A stretch of 64,000 nt of DNA from a virus. This document shows positions 14,281 to 24,460 of this stretch, piece by piece; position 1 is the stretch's first letter; every line of letters starts with the position of its first letter. Below the pieces are notes generated by a model that did no database searches, was not told the origin of the DNA, and saw only the letters and a list, made by a program, of their open reading frames with translations. Position numbers and translations under genes: made by a program. The stretch covers positions 96,001-160,000 of the IMG/VR virus record IMGVR_UViG_3300031418_000005, one strand, 5' to 3'.

Positions 14281-15414
14281 TTAAGTTTCCATTGACTGTG
14301 GTGCGGTTTCAGCGTAACACAGCCCAAGTCGTTGCAGACTATAGCCCGTCGCCCCAAATATTTGGGTAGCAACGCTTTCTACGAAAGCCGTGGGGTCTAT
14401 TGCATCTACTGCGAACTCAGACACGAAACGCCAGGTTTCAGTCTTCCCTTTATTTTCGAACTGAGCCGCATACATACCGCGGGATACACCAGGTTCGAAT
14501 TTAAAGAGAGTCTCACCGGACTCCCGCTCCACACCATAAATTACCCCGTCCTTTTGCACGATATCCGCACGGCCGCAACGCGTTACAGTCAAGAGCGCTG
14601 GATTGCTTCCGCCGGGTAAAGGCTTAAAGGGTGTGGGGCCATCGTATGACGCAGGGTAAGAGTCGCCCAGATTATCCAGGGCATAGCTTCGAAAGATTAT
14701 CGAAGACTTATAGTTGCACAGTCGAGTCCCTTCGGTAAACATTGTGTATTCGATCTTAACCTCAGTGCCGATAAGATCATCCGGTCGCACGTTATGGTGT
14801 TTTAGTTGCGACTGAATTCGACGTGAGATCATTGTTGCCAGGAAGGTGTGGCCTGTGGGTGTGCGAACCACATAGCCGTACTCTGTACAGTCAATGATTT
14901 TCCCGGTGGTGTTACGTACCGGTTCAAGTCGGTAATATTCGCCGTTTGCCTCAATGATAAATTGGGACACGGCGTTATTGCGGGATTTCTGTTTGATGAT
15001 ATCAAACACAGCCCCAGCTTTAACCAGAATTGGTTCCACCACGTTAACCTGAAATGGCAAAGGCTTTTGCGGATATTGTCCCATTGTGGTAACGGTGACG
15101 GAACTTAGTTCTGGATCAGATTCACTGGGGTCAGTAGACAGCCAGTGCGTTAGCCAACGTGATAAGGTCTGCGGTATAACGCGGGTCGTGTAAAACAGTA
15201 CCTCGTTTTCGATACCCGCGTCTAAGAGCGTCTTTGCCAGGAATGAGTTTACGGCATCATAATTGCCGTTACGAAGAATAGGCAGTCCACCGATTCGGGT
15301 GAGTTCGCAAATCACCCCGTGTGGCAGAACCCACATCTTCACATCCTGGTCTTGTGAGATTGCTTCGGTACGTAGCGCACGGTGCCACGTCGTTTTACGT
15401 TCATATTTCTTCAT
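14281..15414 (-). CDS. hypothetical protein, possibly degenerate ATP-dependent DNA ligase fold
   Basis: Start ATG 15414 with AAGGAG; 377 aa; ligase-like OB-fold segment LIGTEVKIEY..FTEG. Confidence 0.55.
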   Translation of the reverse strand: MKKYERKTTWHRALRTEAISQDQDVKMWVLPHGVICELTRIGGLPILRNGNYDAVNSFLAKTLLDAGIENEVLFYTTRVIPQTLSRWLTHWLSTDPSESDPELSSVTVTTMGQYPQKPLPFQVNVVEPILVKAGAVFDIIKQKSRNNAVSQFIIEANGEYYRLEPVRNTTGKIIDCTEYGYVVRTPTGHTFLATMISRRIQSQLKHHNVRPDDLIGTEVKIEYTMFTEGTRLCNYKSSIIFRSYALDNLGDSYPASYDGPTPFKPLPGGSNPALLTVTRCGRADIVQKDGVIYGVERESGETLFKFEPGVSRGMYAAQFENKGKTETWRFVSEFAVDAIDPTAFVESVATQIFGATGYSLQRLGLCYAETAPQSMET

Positions 15415-15450
15415 GGGAAAAATCTCCTTTAGGTATACTACTATCAAAAG

Positions 15451-15474
15451 GATAATATCTATCCGTAATTTTTT
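15451..15474 (-). promoter_or_regulatory. putative phage promoter
   Basis: AAAAAATTACGGATAGATATTATC; same core as 3647 and 62160. Confidence 0.55.
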
Positions 15475-15488
15475 AGAGGTTCATTGCC

Positions 15489-16865
15489 ATGTCCGATCTA
15501 GTTTATGATTTTACATCAGGCGTTTATACCAGTCCTGAGGTAAAAGTAGCCCGTGAAAGACACGGCCGTGACCCGTTCTTTGACGATGGTTCTTTCGCCA
15601 CGGGACTGTATTACGACTACGGGTTTGGAGGCTACGTCCCGATGGGGATGGTGGTTGCCACCGAAGCTCTTAAGAATGACCGTTTGCGTAAAGCGTTCGA
15701 TACCGCGTTTAAGAACGTGGTGATTGACCGTAAGCTGGCGCAACGTATTCGCATGTACGTCGCCTCGGTAATGGGACGTGATGGTAACGTCGAATGGAAA
15801 GGGTCAAACCTGCTGGGTGTTCACCAGATTCGTTTTTACGACTCTGACCGTAATCGCCTGTTCGATGAAGTGTTGAAAGTCGATGAAGACTACCTGGCTG
15901 AGCTCATCAAAGAAGCCGAGGCAATCAACACTGACTGGAACGTCGCCGGGGACACGTTTAACCTCTGCATCGTCTATCTGCTGCACCTGATGATGAAGAA
16001 GTTCACCGACAAAGAGATTCACGCCGCTGCTGTTGATTTGGTTGTGGTGCTCCAGTTTAAGTTCTACTCGAGTATTTACTACCACTTCTTCCCGAAACCG
16101 GTGGACATGAATGCCGCCGAAGCGACGTACTCGATGCTGTCGTTGAAGTTTGATATTCGTCGTTTGGGTAACTGGGGCCTGCACATGCAAGAACGTGCGG
16201 AATATTTCTGCTCGCCGGAATACCCGAACTACGATGCGGTCAAACGCTTCGACACACCTGATCTGGTGTTGCGCTTCATCACCGACCTGAACACCCGTAC
16301 CAAGCAAACCGTGAAGGACTATTACGCGGTGCTCGACCGGGTACGTCGTGAGAACAGCCGTATGGTGGTGCAGTCATCGCGTATCGAGTTGGATGGCGAG
16401 TCCATCATTCGTGACAAAGTGGGGGCGCTGGATATCGCCAAGCAAAACCTGTTTGACGCGTCCTACGACATCAACAACCTCTACAAAGAGGAGTTGGCAC
16501 GAGTGGTGTTGGAGATGGTGCCCAAGGCGTCACCTGCTGCGTTAAAGACACTGCTGATTTACATTGCTGGATTGCCGCTTGGTAAGAAACGCGATGAAGT
16601 CAACAGCATCATGGAAGACACCTTGTCACACGCTTTCGATGAGGTGGTCAGCAGTCGGTTGAACTTTAATGATGCCGGAACAATTCTCCTGCGGATGCGT
16701 TCACTTTACCAGGCTTCGAAATCCCCGAACCCGTACGTATTATCGTTACGTACCCGGATTGAGAAACTGGCCGCCCGTGAAACCCACATCCGTCACGAGT
16801 CTGCGTTGGCAGCTTTGCGTAATGCCCTGCTGTTGTACTTCCTGATTCGCTCACTGCAAAAATAA
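15489..16865 (+). CDS. conserved phiKZ-like virion structural protein
   Basis: 458 aa, GAGG RBS; position next to terminase as in SPN3US-like phages (remembered synteny). Confidence 0.6.
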   Translation: MSDLVYDFTSGVYTSPEVKVARERHGRDPFFDDGSFATGLYYDYGFGGYVPMGMVVATEALKNDRLRKAFDTAFKNVVIDRKLAQRIRMYVASVMGRDGNVEWKGSNLLGVHQIRFYDSDRNRLFDEVLKVDEDYLAELIKEAEAINTDWNVAGDTFNLCIVYLLHLMMKKFTDKEIHAAAVDLVVVLQFKFYSSIYYHFFPKPVDMNAAEATYSMLSLKFDIRRLGNWGLHMQERAEYFCSPEYPNYDAVKRFDTPDLVLRFITDLNTRTKQTVKDYYAVLDRVRRENSRMVVQSSRIELDGESIIRDKVGALDIAKQNLFDASYDINNLYKEELARVVLEMVPKASPAALKTLLIYIAGLPLGKKRDEVNSIMEDTLSHAFDEVVSSRLNFNDAGTILLRMRSLYQASKSPNPYVLSLRTRIEKLAARETHIRHESALAALRNALLLYFLIRSLQK

Positions 16866-16920
16866 AATAAAAAGCCACTACCCCATGAAACGGGTAGTGG
16901 CTAACTCGAATTAATTTTTT
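16866..16920. terminator. bidirectional terminator
   Basis: AGCCACTACCC...GGGTAGTGGCT hairpin with A- and T-tracts between convergent genes. Confidence 0.75.
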
Positions 16921-16929
16921 GAGTTGTGA

Positions 16930-17169
16930 TCAATGGACTCCGGAGACTGCTAACGCATGGAGTGTAAACACCACATGCGCCGCGTAGGTTGTGCCCGTGC
17001 CGACGACAAGTAAACCTAATACACCAGTGAACTGTGCTGCGCGAACCGTGCGTACACACGCCCCGTTACGCCGCCCGTATATGTTCACTACGGTGCAGGT
17101 ATGTCTTACCATCAAGAACAGACAAACCCACATAAGGGCTACTACGATATAGTAAGTAAGAGTCATCAC
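16930..17169 (-). CDS. small membrane protein
   Basis: 79 aa, two hydrophobic segments, coupled to terminase stop. Confidence 0.6.
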   Translation of the reverse strand: MMTLTYYIVVALMWVCLFLMVRHTCTVVNIYGRRNGACVRTVRAAQFTGVLGLLVVGTGTTYAAHVVFTLHALAVSGVH

Positions 17170-19274
17170 TTCATCCTCTGACGTTGGATAAGCTCTTTTA
17201 AGCTTTCCATCGACGCGACATTCCGCGTATCAGTGTTGAGTTGGGCAATGAGAGATTGCAACCGATTTCGACTCCGCATTTGGGCAACTGGGTCTGTGAG
17301 ACCGTTGGCCTCCCGCATCGCCGCCTCGATTTCCCCCATCAGTTTTTGTTGCTTTTCTTCCTCCTCGACCTGTTCCTCTTCATCGATGTTCTCATTGTTC
17401 TCTAGCAGGTTGCGGTTACGCATCATCAGGCGACTGTTGCTTATGCCGTAATGGCCTAAGTTGTTGCCGAAGAGAAGTAGCCACATTGCCAGTAACCATG
17501 AAACAACCAAGTCATCGTGACCGGACGCTTTGTGGTCAATACGACCATTACGTTCAACCAGACTAAGGATTTGGTCGATTAGTTCCCCCGACCGCAATGT
17601 ATCCGCGGTGAGGCGTAACGCCATGGTGAAGACTTCACCGTACAACTTACGGCGTTTATCCTGGTCGGTTGAGAAACCGATGTATTTACGGAATTTGTCC
17701 CAGAACCGTTCTGCACTCCCCACCGGACCACGGTGGAACTCTTTATAGAGCTCATGAGTACGAGCATAGTCCTGGGTCACTTTCACATACAAGCGACGGT
17801 GTAAGTCGGGTACTCGCGTCTGCAGCTGAAGGATGATTGCGTCTGCTACGGAGGAACCGGTTGACCGTCGTTCCAGAATCAGGACAGTGTTCGGATACCG
17901 CACCATAAAGTCTGCCAAGTGAATAGCAAACCCGATGACGTTGGTTTCGTTCACTGTAAGTTTACCAGCATATTCCCCGTTGCTGGAGTTCACGATAGAC
18001 ATGGCTATCGCATCTCGACCAACCGCTTCTGAGGTATCCAATCCGATGATGTGGCGATCGTGTAACTTGGTGATCATTTCTTCTTCGGTGTAATACCAGT
18101 CTGTTACGTAATTCGACGGCGAGATGTCCTTGTAAACCGCACGCATTCTCGAGGCGTTCATGCGACGCGCGTCATCGCCCGAGAACGGCTTGTTAAAGCC
18201 ACCGGTTGTCCATTCCCCACCGAAGTCACGGCGGATTTGGTCTGGGGTACCTGGGGCGTTGGCGATCATGTCTGCCAGCTCCTCATCGGTGGTGCCCAGT
18301 TGACGGTGGTTGTATTTCACGTAGAACATGATACGTGGAATCTTCGCGGTAGACCCTTTGCGGATAATGTCTATCAGCTGGGTACGCGATGGGATGTCAA
18401 TGTAACGTTCATCCCACATAATTCCGGATGTCATCAGTTCGTACATGTACGCACCTTCCTCCGTGGCCAGGTCGCCTGGCGTTGTGGCGAAGACGTTACC
18501 GTAAGGCACACCTTCGGCTTCGTTGATACGGCGTGCAGCCGTTCCCGATGCCAGAGCCGCAGGAAGAATGTGGTGGATGTTTTTGGTGAAGGGGCCTTCA
18601 TCGCCGAACAGTCGACCGGCTGTCAGTCCACGGCCCACACCGTTTGCTGATTCTGCATCGTTCTGGCCGATGCCGGTAATCAACTTGTTACCCTGTGCCA
18701 GACAGGCGAATGTCTCGCGGTTGTCGGGGTCATCTGGGTGATGTGGCCAGAGGTAGTCCGGTAATCCGTTGCGCAACTGTTTCATCTTGTTGATGGTTTC
18801 TTCACGCAGGGCAGGGCCTTTGGTCACGAGAATCGTACGGGAGTTTTCCAGGAAGCGCATCAGCCATAACAGCAGCGCAGACATCCCCACCGTCTTACCG
18901 TGCTGACGAAGGAACTCGACAGCCGCATCGATGTTGTTAAAGAAAATCCAGTACATCGAGAAGTTACCGCGGTCGATACGAAAAGGTAAACCGTTTTTCA
19001 TACCATCCGCAGGTACGCGCACACATTCACGAAAGAAGTACCACGGGTTCTCAGCGCACTCAGTAATGATTGCAGCCTTCTGCTCCAACGTCAGGTCTGG
19101 AGAGAACGGGTCGACACCCAGCAAATCTGGATTGTGCAGCGCGAGGTGGACGTAATAATGCTTGACGCCCAATTGTTTTAGCAAACTCGCAAATTTCATA
19201 AAGCTCTTATTGGGTGTGGTGTCATCCGGCAACGAGCCCGGATAGTACCCCCAATCAGATTCACGCAGTATCAT
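17166..19274 (-). CDS. terL: terminase large subunit
   Basis: Walker A LRQHGKT, Walker B LFGDE, ATT coupling motif, RNase H-like IIGLD..., HDDLVVSW. Confidence 0.93.
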   Translation of the reverse strand: MILRESDWGYYPGSLPDDTTPNKSFMKFASLLKQLGVKHYYVHLALHNPDLLGVDPFSPDLTLEQKAAIITECAENPWYFFRECVRVPADGMKNGLPFRIDRGNFSMYWIFFNNIDAAVEFLRQHGKTVGMSALLLWLMRFLENSRTILVTKGPALREETINKMKQLRNGLPDYLWPHHPDDPDNRETFACLAQGNKLITGIGQNDAESANGVGRGLTAGRLFGDEGPFTKNIHHILPAALASGTAARRINEAEGVPYGNVFATTPGDLATEEGAYMYELMTSGIMWDERYIDIPSRTQLIDIIRKGSTAKIPRIMFYVKYNHRQLGTTDEELADMIANAPGTPDQIRRDFGGEWTTGGFNKPFSGDDARRMNASRMRAVYKDISPSNYVTDWYYTEEEMITKLHDRHIIGLDTSEAVGRDAIAMSIVNSSNGEYAGKLTVNETNVIGFAIHLADFMVRYPNTVLILERRSTGSSVADAIILQLQTRVPDLHRRLYVKVTQDYARTHELYKEFHRGPVGSAERFWDKFRKYIGFSTDQDKRRKLYGEVFTMALRLTADTLRSGELIDQILSLVERNGRIDHKASGHDDLVVSWLLAMWLLLFGNNLGHYGISNSRLMMRNRNLLENNENIDEEEQVEEEEKQQKLMGEIEAAMREANGLTDPVAQMRSRNRLQSLIAQLNTDTRNVASMESLKELIQRQRMK

Positions 19275-19317
19275 ACAATCTCCTCACCTCCTCCCCCGAA
19301 GGAGAGGAGGAGTGGTT

Positions 19318-20961
19318 TTACTCGATGTGGTGCGCCAGCATTGGCGTGGCCGCAAGATTAAGCGTATCGGTCGGTGTGCGACGTAACCAACGGATAACCA
19401 GTTGTGCATCCAACGGCACACGGTAGTCGATGACTTTCTTCGTCATCCACTCATCGACGGCGTAGGTATAGACCTGGCCCCCAACGTGGATTTCGAAGTG
19501 GGTCGGTTCGAGCGGCCCGGTTTCGTTGCGACGATCGTACAGTGGATACACCGGCTCATACAGCGCTTTAAGCCATTCGGCTTTCGAGGCTGCATCGACA
19601 CTGACGTCCAGTTCGGAATAGTTGACGTTCGAGTATTTGAATTCGGCCCAGATATTCTCGCCGTATTTCAACCCGTCCGGCAGATACTCCAGCAGGAAGT
19701 TAGTGTTCAGCTCATTACCCGGATTCACCAACGTGATGGAGAAGGACTGCGCCTGAATAAACGCACGGAACTGCGGGTCAACTTTAGAGATGTCGACCTG
19801 TACGTTCAGACGTTGTTTCACACCCATCAGCAGCGGGTCAAAGGTTGTACCACTGGTGTACTGGATATTCGCGCTGGCATCGTACACCTTACCACGGGTC
19901 AGGTTATACAGCAGGAAGTCCAGACGGAAGCCACGGTTTGCATCCAACCAACGTGGCACCACGAACAGTTTCATGGAGTAGGCCCCATCAACTTGTTCGG
20001 TGACTGCCGTGTAGTCTTTGACAATCGTGTCCCCGACCACATCCGTCCCGCCATACGTTTCCCCTTTCGCCAGCTGATAACTCAGCACACACGGCAGGTT
20101 GTTCCCGGCATTCGACGAGATGTAGAAGGTGTCCTGCGAACCGGAGTTACGCAGACCATTGAACTTCACACGCGCCTGGTCAATTGGCAGACGTTTGGTA
20201 CCGTCACTGTACTGGATATCACACCACAGCGGAATAGAGTCCAGCGGCATGTTAATCGGCAGCGTCAGTGTGGTGCCATCGTCGTCAACCAAGAACGGTG
20301 ACACGAGTTTAATCCCGAGTACCGTACGGGCAGGCGTTTCCTGCGCCATGACCAGGTTGGTTTTGATAACACGACCGTGGCAAATCTGCACCACATTACC
20401 GACGTCCGAGTACACGACGAACATGCACTCTTCCCCGTTGCTGACTTCCGCCAGACAACTTCCCGGTAAGGTTTTCTTCACCACTGTTTCTGCCCCTTCC
20501 ACCGAAATGGTCTGGGTCGGCAGATAGGTGTATTTCAGTTTGCCATCTTTGTAGAAGCCAGAGAGAATCTCGGCACTGTCCGACACGTTGGAGCCACGCA
20601 GAATGCGCACCCCGTCAATGTCCGGGCCGTCCCAGGAGATGTCGGCATCAATCACCATGGTCGCAGGCAGTTTAGAACTGTCCACGTACACACGGTATTT
20701 GTCAGAGCGCAGCGGATAGTGACCGTTCAGTCGCCCATCCTGATTCGCTACCCCTACACCACCGAACGGTTCAACTTCCCAGCTCGGTACGGCGTAGTTC
20801 GTGCTGACCACACGGTCGAAACCACTGGTCAGTTCGTTGATGATAAGGTCGCGCGGGTTGGGGACATACCCAGTAGGTCGCCCCGCCTCGTACAGTTCCG
20901 ACGGGTCCCAGACTTCGAACCCGCGATCCTTGTCGATTAGTTTGGTCGCAATCTTGGCCAT
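19318..20961 (-). CDS. virion structural protein (phiKZ gp26-like position)
   Basis: 547 aa beta-rich; conserved terminase-to-sheath block. Confidence 0.7.
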   Translation of the reverse strand: MAKIATKLIDKDRGFEVWDPSELYEAGRPTGYVPNPRDLIINELTSGFDRVVSTNYAVPSWEVEPFGGVGVANQDGRLNGHYPLRSDKYRVYVDSSKLPATMVIDADISWDGPDIDGVRILRGSNVSDSAEILSGFYKDGKLKYTYLPTQTISVEGAETVVKKTLPGSCLAEVSNGEECMFVVYSDVGNVVQICHGRVIKTNLVMAQETPARTVLGIKLVSPFLVDDDGTTLTLPINMPLDSIPLWCDIQYSDGTKRLPIDQARVKFNGLRNSGSQDTFYISSNAGNNLPCVLSYQLAKGETYGGTDVVGDTIVKDYTAVTEQVDGAYSMKLFVVPRWLDANRGFRLDFLLYNLTRGKVYDASANIQYTSGTTFDPLLMGVKQRLNVQVDISKVDPQFRAFIQAQSFSITLVNPGNELNTNFLLEYLPDGLKYGENIWAEFKYSNVNYSELDVSVDAASKAEWLKALYEPVYPLYDRRNETGPLEPTHFEIHVGGQVYTYAVDEWMTKKVIDYRVPLDAQLVIRWLRRTPTDTLNLAATPMLAHHIE

Positions 20962-20963
20962 GA

Positions 20964-23483
20964 TTAACCTTTGATTTTCAGATACTGGTTAAGCTGCACC
21001 TCGCCATTCAGATAGCGCTGATTTACGCGATCCAAGAAAGCAAAGCCTAACTCGTTCACTTCCACCACTTCGTACTTGACATGCGGATGCAGTTTCACAA
21101 ACGCTTTGTCGTAACCGATATATGCTGGGTCAAAAGGCAGGAGGTCTTTGTAACGTTCCATGACTTCGTCCAGCTGTGTGGTAGAGATACGGTATTCCGG
21201 GTCGTCCTCTTTCAGAATCAAAATTCCACCGAGGTAATCCCAGAGGATTTTGTTCAGGGTCGGGGAGTACAGATGATACCGCCCTGGAAGTGGTACCGGG
21301 TTAACCGGGGGCGGCGTTGGGAACCAGTTGGTGAGGTAAGCCTCAACACGCTCGTCCAAATCACGCGCCTTATCACGCAGCGTATACAAATCGCCACTGA
21401 TAAGCGTACGCAGAGGTATTGTCGGGTCGGCTACGGAATACGGGAAACCGTCCGCCACCAAATCCGTACCTACCGCATTGTCCTCACGGAACACCACTTC
21501 ATCACGTAATAACAGCGAACCCCCGCCGATGACACGGATGACTTTATCGTCACGACAGTCATACTGGCTGTTGTTCGACAATAAGCCGCTTGACACAAAT
21601 CCACACTTCGGAATGCGCATTGTTCCGGTCACGCCCCGACAGCGGATCGCTACCCGGTTAGTGTCGCCGTCACTCATCCACGACTTACAAGTTACCACGA
21701 CCTCAGGCCAAATCCCCACGAAATCAATGGTCTGCACCAGGGGGTGGCCGTTCAGCCACGCTTCTGTCGACTCCATCGGAATCCACAAAGTGCGCTGCTG
21801 GTCATCCTGATTACGTGCGACGATCGGTACACGAATCTGCCCTTCGCTAACTTTGACATCCACTTCGAAGAACAAATGTTTGTCGTCGTAAATCACTGTA
21901 GGGTGGCGACGTGTCCGGTCAACCGTCCAGGTAATCTGATTATCGGTACGCTGATAATCTTCCCCTTCCACAGCCTGGTAGTAGTTATCCGTGGGCACTT
22001 CGTTTTTCAACATGCGTATCCACAAGTTAACATTTTCACCTTCGGCAATTTCAAAGTCAGGTGCGTTATCAACGATGTGCACTGCGTCCGATGACTCAGA
22101 GGCAATCGCTTCGATAATCCGGGCATCGGGATCGCGGGCGATGTAAACGTCGTAACCTTTGTTCGCGTGTTTACCCAACAACACCCCATCGGCGTCATAC
22201 TCGTACACAGTCGAGAGCGCAGCCAGATGATCAGGCAACACTGCTTGCCAGGTACCGTTAGCCTTCGCCGTTAAACGTTGCGGGGTATCTGCTGCATAAC
22301 GGCTCACCGCATTATAACCGTAAGCATCAGTGCATAGGTCGCGAGTGATGTTCCGAAGCTTAGCCGCCGCCAACTGGTTCGCAGCGGATTGCTCCAGGTT
22401 CGCAGCCTGCCACTCCGTGACATTGGCATTCGCCCCGACCATCGCATCGATAATCAGTTCGTCAGACAACCGATAGAGGTCATGGGTGTGAGACGAATTG
22501 TACAGCGGTGCCAGGTCAAGATAGTCGTCACGAATGATTACCCGGATGGTAAGTTCGTCGATATCGTTGAGTGGGGTGCTGAACGCATTACGGTATTTCG
22601 AGATGCGCTCGGTCGGGATGGCCAGGTCGTTCCAGGTGAGCTGACGAACCGACTGCATCCGGTGTCGGTGGTAATAACGCCCCTCACCTTTCCACAGCAA
22701 CTGGATTTCGCAATCGTCGTTAAACACCCACTGTGTATCGCGCTTCGGAATGTGCAGGAGGTATTTACGGGTTTTATCCAACTCGGAGTAGAAGGTCGGT
22801 AAGTCACCGCAGCGGTAATCGATAACCCGTCGTGCACGCCCATCAACCCGGATATCCACATCGTCCCAGGACTTCATGCTTGCCGTGGTTGGGTTCACAA
22901 TTAACTTACCGTTCACCCACAGGTCAACGTAGCCAATGTTTTGTGCCCGCAACAGGTTATAGCGATCGAGCACCACCTGAATCTGTTGTGGGTTAGGCGG
23001 GGCGTAATACTCAGTGAAAGTTTTCTTAATCACCGGGGCATTCTCACCACCGTCGTACCCGGCGTAGATACGCAGATAACACGGTTCAGTGTCTAACCAC
23101 TTGTAGCGATCGGTTTGCGGGATAGCCATGAAAATCTGCCCTGCCACCGTACGCCAGAAATACACGGAGTCCGCCGGAACAATTGTCCCGTCTTCGTTGT
23201 AAACCTGCATCCAGGTACTGAACCCGTTCATGCAGGTAGACAGTTTCTTCCAGCGCTCCACCGGTATCGCTAAGTTACCGCGGTTAACGTGTAACTTATC
23301 AATCGCAAACGCGTGCCACCAACTACCCTCTTTCGGAAGAGGGATAGCCTGCCGACCGTATTTGAAAAAGCCGATCGCCCCGGTTTGCGGAGAGAGTCGG
23401 AGGGGTGCTATGTTTAACACCCCATCGAGGTAGGGACGCTGCCACGCGTTTTTCACCGCGTGGGCGACCAGCCAGTTCTCCAT
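20964..23483 (-). CDS. virion structural protein (phiKZ gp27-like position)
   Basis: 839 aa; same block. Confidence 0.7.
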   Translation of the reverse strand: MENWLVAHAVKNAWQRPYLDGVLNIAPLRLSPQTGAIGFFKYGRQAIPLPKEGSWWHAFAIDKLHVNRGNLAIPVERWKKLSTCMNGFSTWMQVYNEDGTIVPADSVYFWRTVAGQIFMAIPQTDRYKWLDTEPCYLRIYAGYDGGENAPVIKKTFTEYYAPPNPQQIQVVLDRYNLLRAQNIGYVDLWVNGKLIVNPTTASMKSWDDVDIRVDGRARRVIDYRCGDLPTFYSELDKTRKYLLHIPKRDTQWVFNDDCEIQLLWKGEGRYYHRHRMQSVRQLTWNDLAIPTERISKYRNAFSTPLNDIDELTIRVIIRDDYLDLAPLYNSSHTHDLYRLSDELIIDAMVGANANVTEWQAANLEQSAANQLAAAKLRNITRDLCTDAYGYNAVSRYAADTPQRLTAKANGTWQAVLPDHLAALSTVYEYDADGVLLGKHANKGYDVYIARDPDARIIEAIASESSDAVHIVDNAPDFEIAEGENVNLWIRMLKNEVPTDNYYQAVEGEDYQRTDNQITWTVDRTRRHPTVIYDDKHLFFEVDVKVSEGQIRVPIVARNQDDQQRTLWIPMESTEAWLNGHPLVQTIDFVGIWPEVVVTCKSWMSDGDTNRVAIRCRGVTGTMRIPKCGFVSSGLLSNNSQYDCRDDKVIRVIGGGSLLLRDEVVFREDNAVGTDLVADGFPYSVADPTIPLRTLISGDLYTLRDKARDLDERVEAYLTNWFPTPPPVNPVPLPGRYHLYSPTLNKILWDYLGGILILKEDDPEYRISTTQLDEVMERYKDLLPFDPAYIGYDKAFVKLHPHVKYEVVEVNELGFAFLDRVNQRYLNGEVQLNQYLKIKG

Positions 23484-23493
23484 AGTGGGCCTC

Positions 23494-24402
23494 TTACTTA
23501 ATGTTCAGGGGTTTTGTGTACTGGTTCATCAACACGTTGAAGGACGTTTCGAACTTGTCGCGTTTCTTCGCTGCGTTGGATTTCTTCACTACGCCCCCGA
23601 AACGGAAACGGTTAAAGATGTTATTGTCCAGACACGCTTTGGTCATGCAGAACAGCGCAGGAGGGTACTCGATAGCGCAGGTGGTCAACTGACGATCGTA
23701 ACTGACCATCGGACCGAAACTGGCGGAGAGCATCCCTTGCAGGCTGACTACACTGAGATCTTTCAGACGAGAACTGATGTCCGCCGCTTTCACCATCTCG
23801 ACGAATTCGGTGATGTTGCGGGGGAATAAGTAATCAGTATGTCCGGTCACAGATTCAAAAACTTCCGCAGCAATCCCCAGTTCGTTCTCCAACATCTGCT
23901 GCATACGCAGCGCTTTGACTTCGTCTTCGAAGTTGTTGTAGAACTGTCCAACGGAGAAAAGTGCGGCCAGTGCTTTGACTTGTGCGCTTTGATATGGAGC
24001 GAGTGAATTTGCGTGGTCGATAGCATCGACTACCCACTTACTGAAAATCTCATGGTGATAATACATCTGGGACATCAGTGCACCCAGCTTTCCACCATTC
24101 CGTTTCCACACTAATTCCCAACGTGCCTGGTCGAGTCGCAGTGCGTGCTCAGTCAGGTTACGAATTTTTAGCTCGCCGGATTTGTCCAGCGTGGTAAACG
24201 TGCGTGCGTCTACGTACACATCGTCGCCGATCACAATCGGCAGTGGAAACGATTTTACATCGGCAGTTTCAATAACGTAGTGAACTTCGTCAGACTGCGC
24301 TCTGGTTTGATTAAGGGAACGGGCCAATTCCAGCCCAGCTTTGATGCCTGTCAGGTCAATGCTGTTAAAGGGATTGCCGCTGTAAGCGTTTTCGAGTGCC
24401 AT
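23494..24402 (-). CDS. conserved phiKZ-like protein (gp28-like position)
   Basis: 302 aa, divergent from sheath gene. Confidence 0.65.
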   Translation of the reverse strand: MALENAYSGNPFNSIDLTGIKAGLELARSLNQTRAQSDEVHYVIETADVKSFPLPIVIGDDVYVDARTFTTLDKSGELKIRNLTEHALRLDQARWELVWKRNGGKLGALMSQMYYHHEIFSKWVVDAIDHANSLAPYQSAQVKALAALFSVGQFYNNFEDEVKALRMQQMLENELGIAAEVFESVTGHTDYLFPRNITEFVEMVKAADISSRLKDLSVVSLQGMLSASFGPMVSYDRQLTTCAIEYPPALFCMTKACLDNNIFNRFRFGGVVKKSNAAKKRDKFETSFNVLMNQYTKPLNIK

Positions 24403-24460
24403 GAGATTGATACCTTAGTATGACCCACAGGTCTTTTAAGACGAATTATGGAGACGTTCC

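Noticed and set aside
24419-24422. TATG late-promoter motif upstream of the sheath gene
   Set aside because: A 4-mer cannot be distinguished from chance without transcription start data
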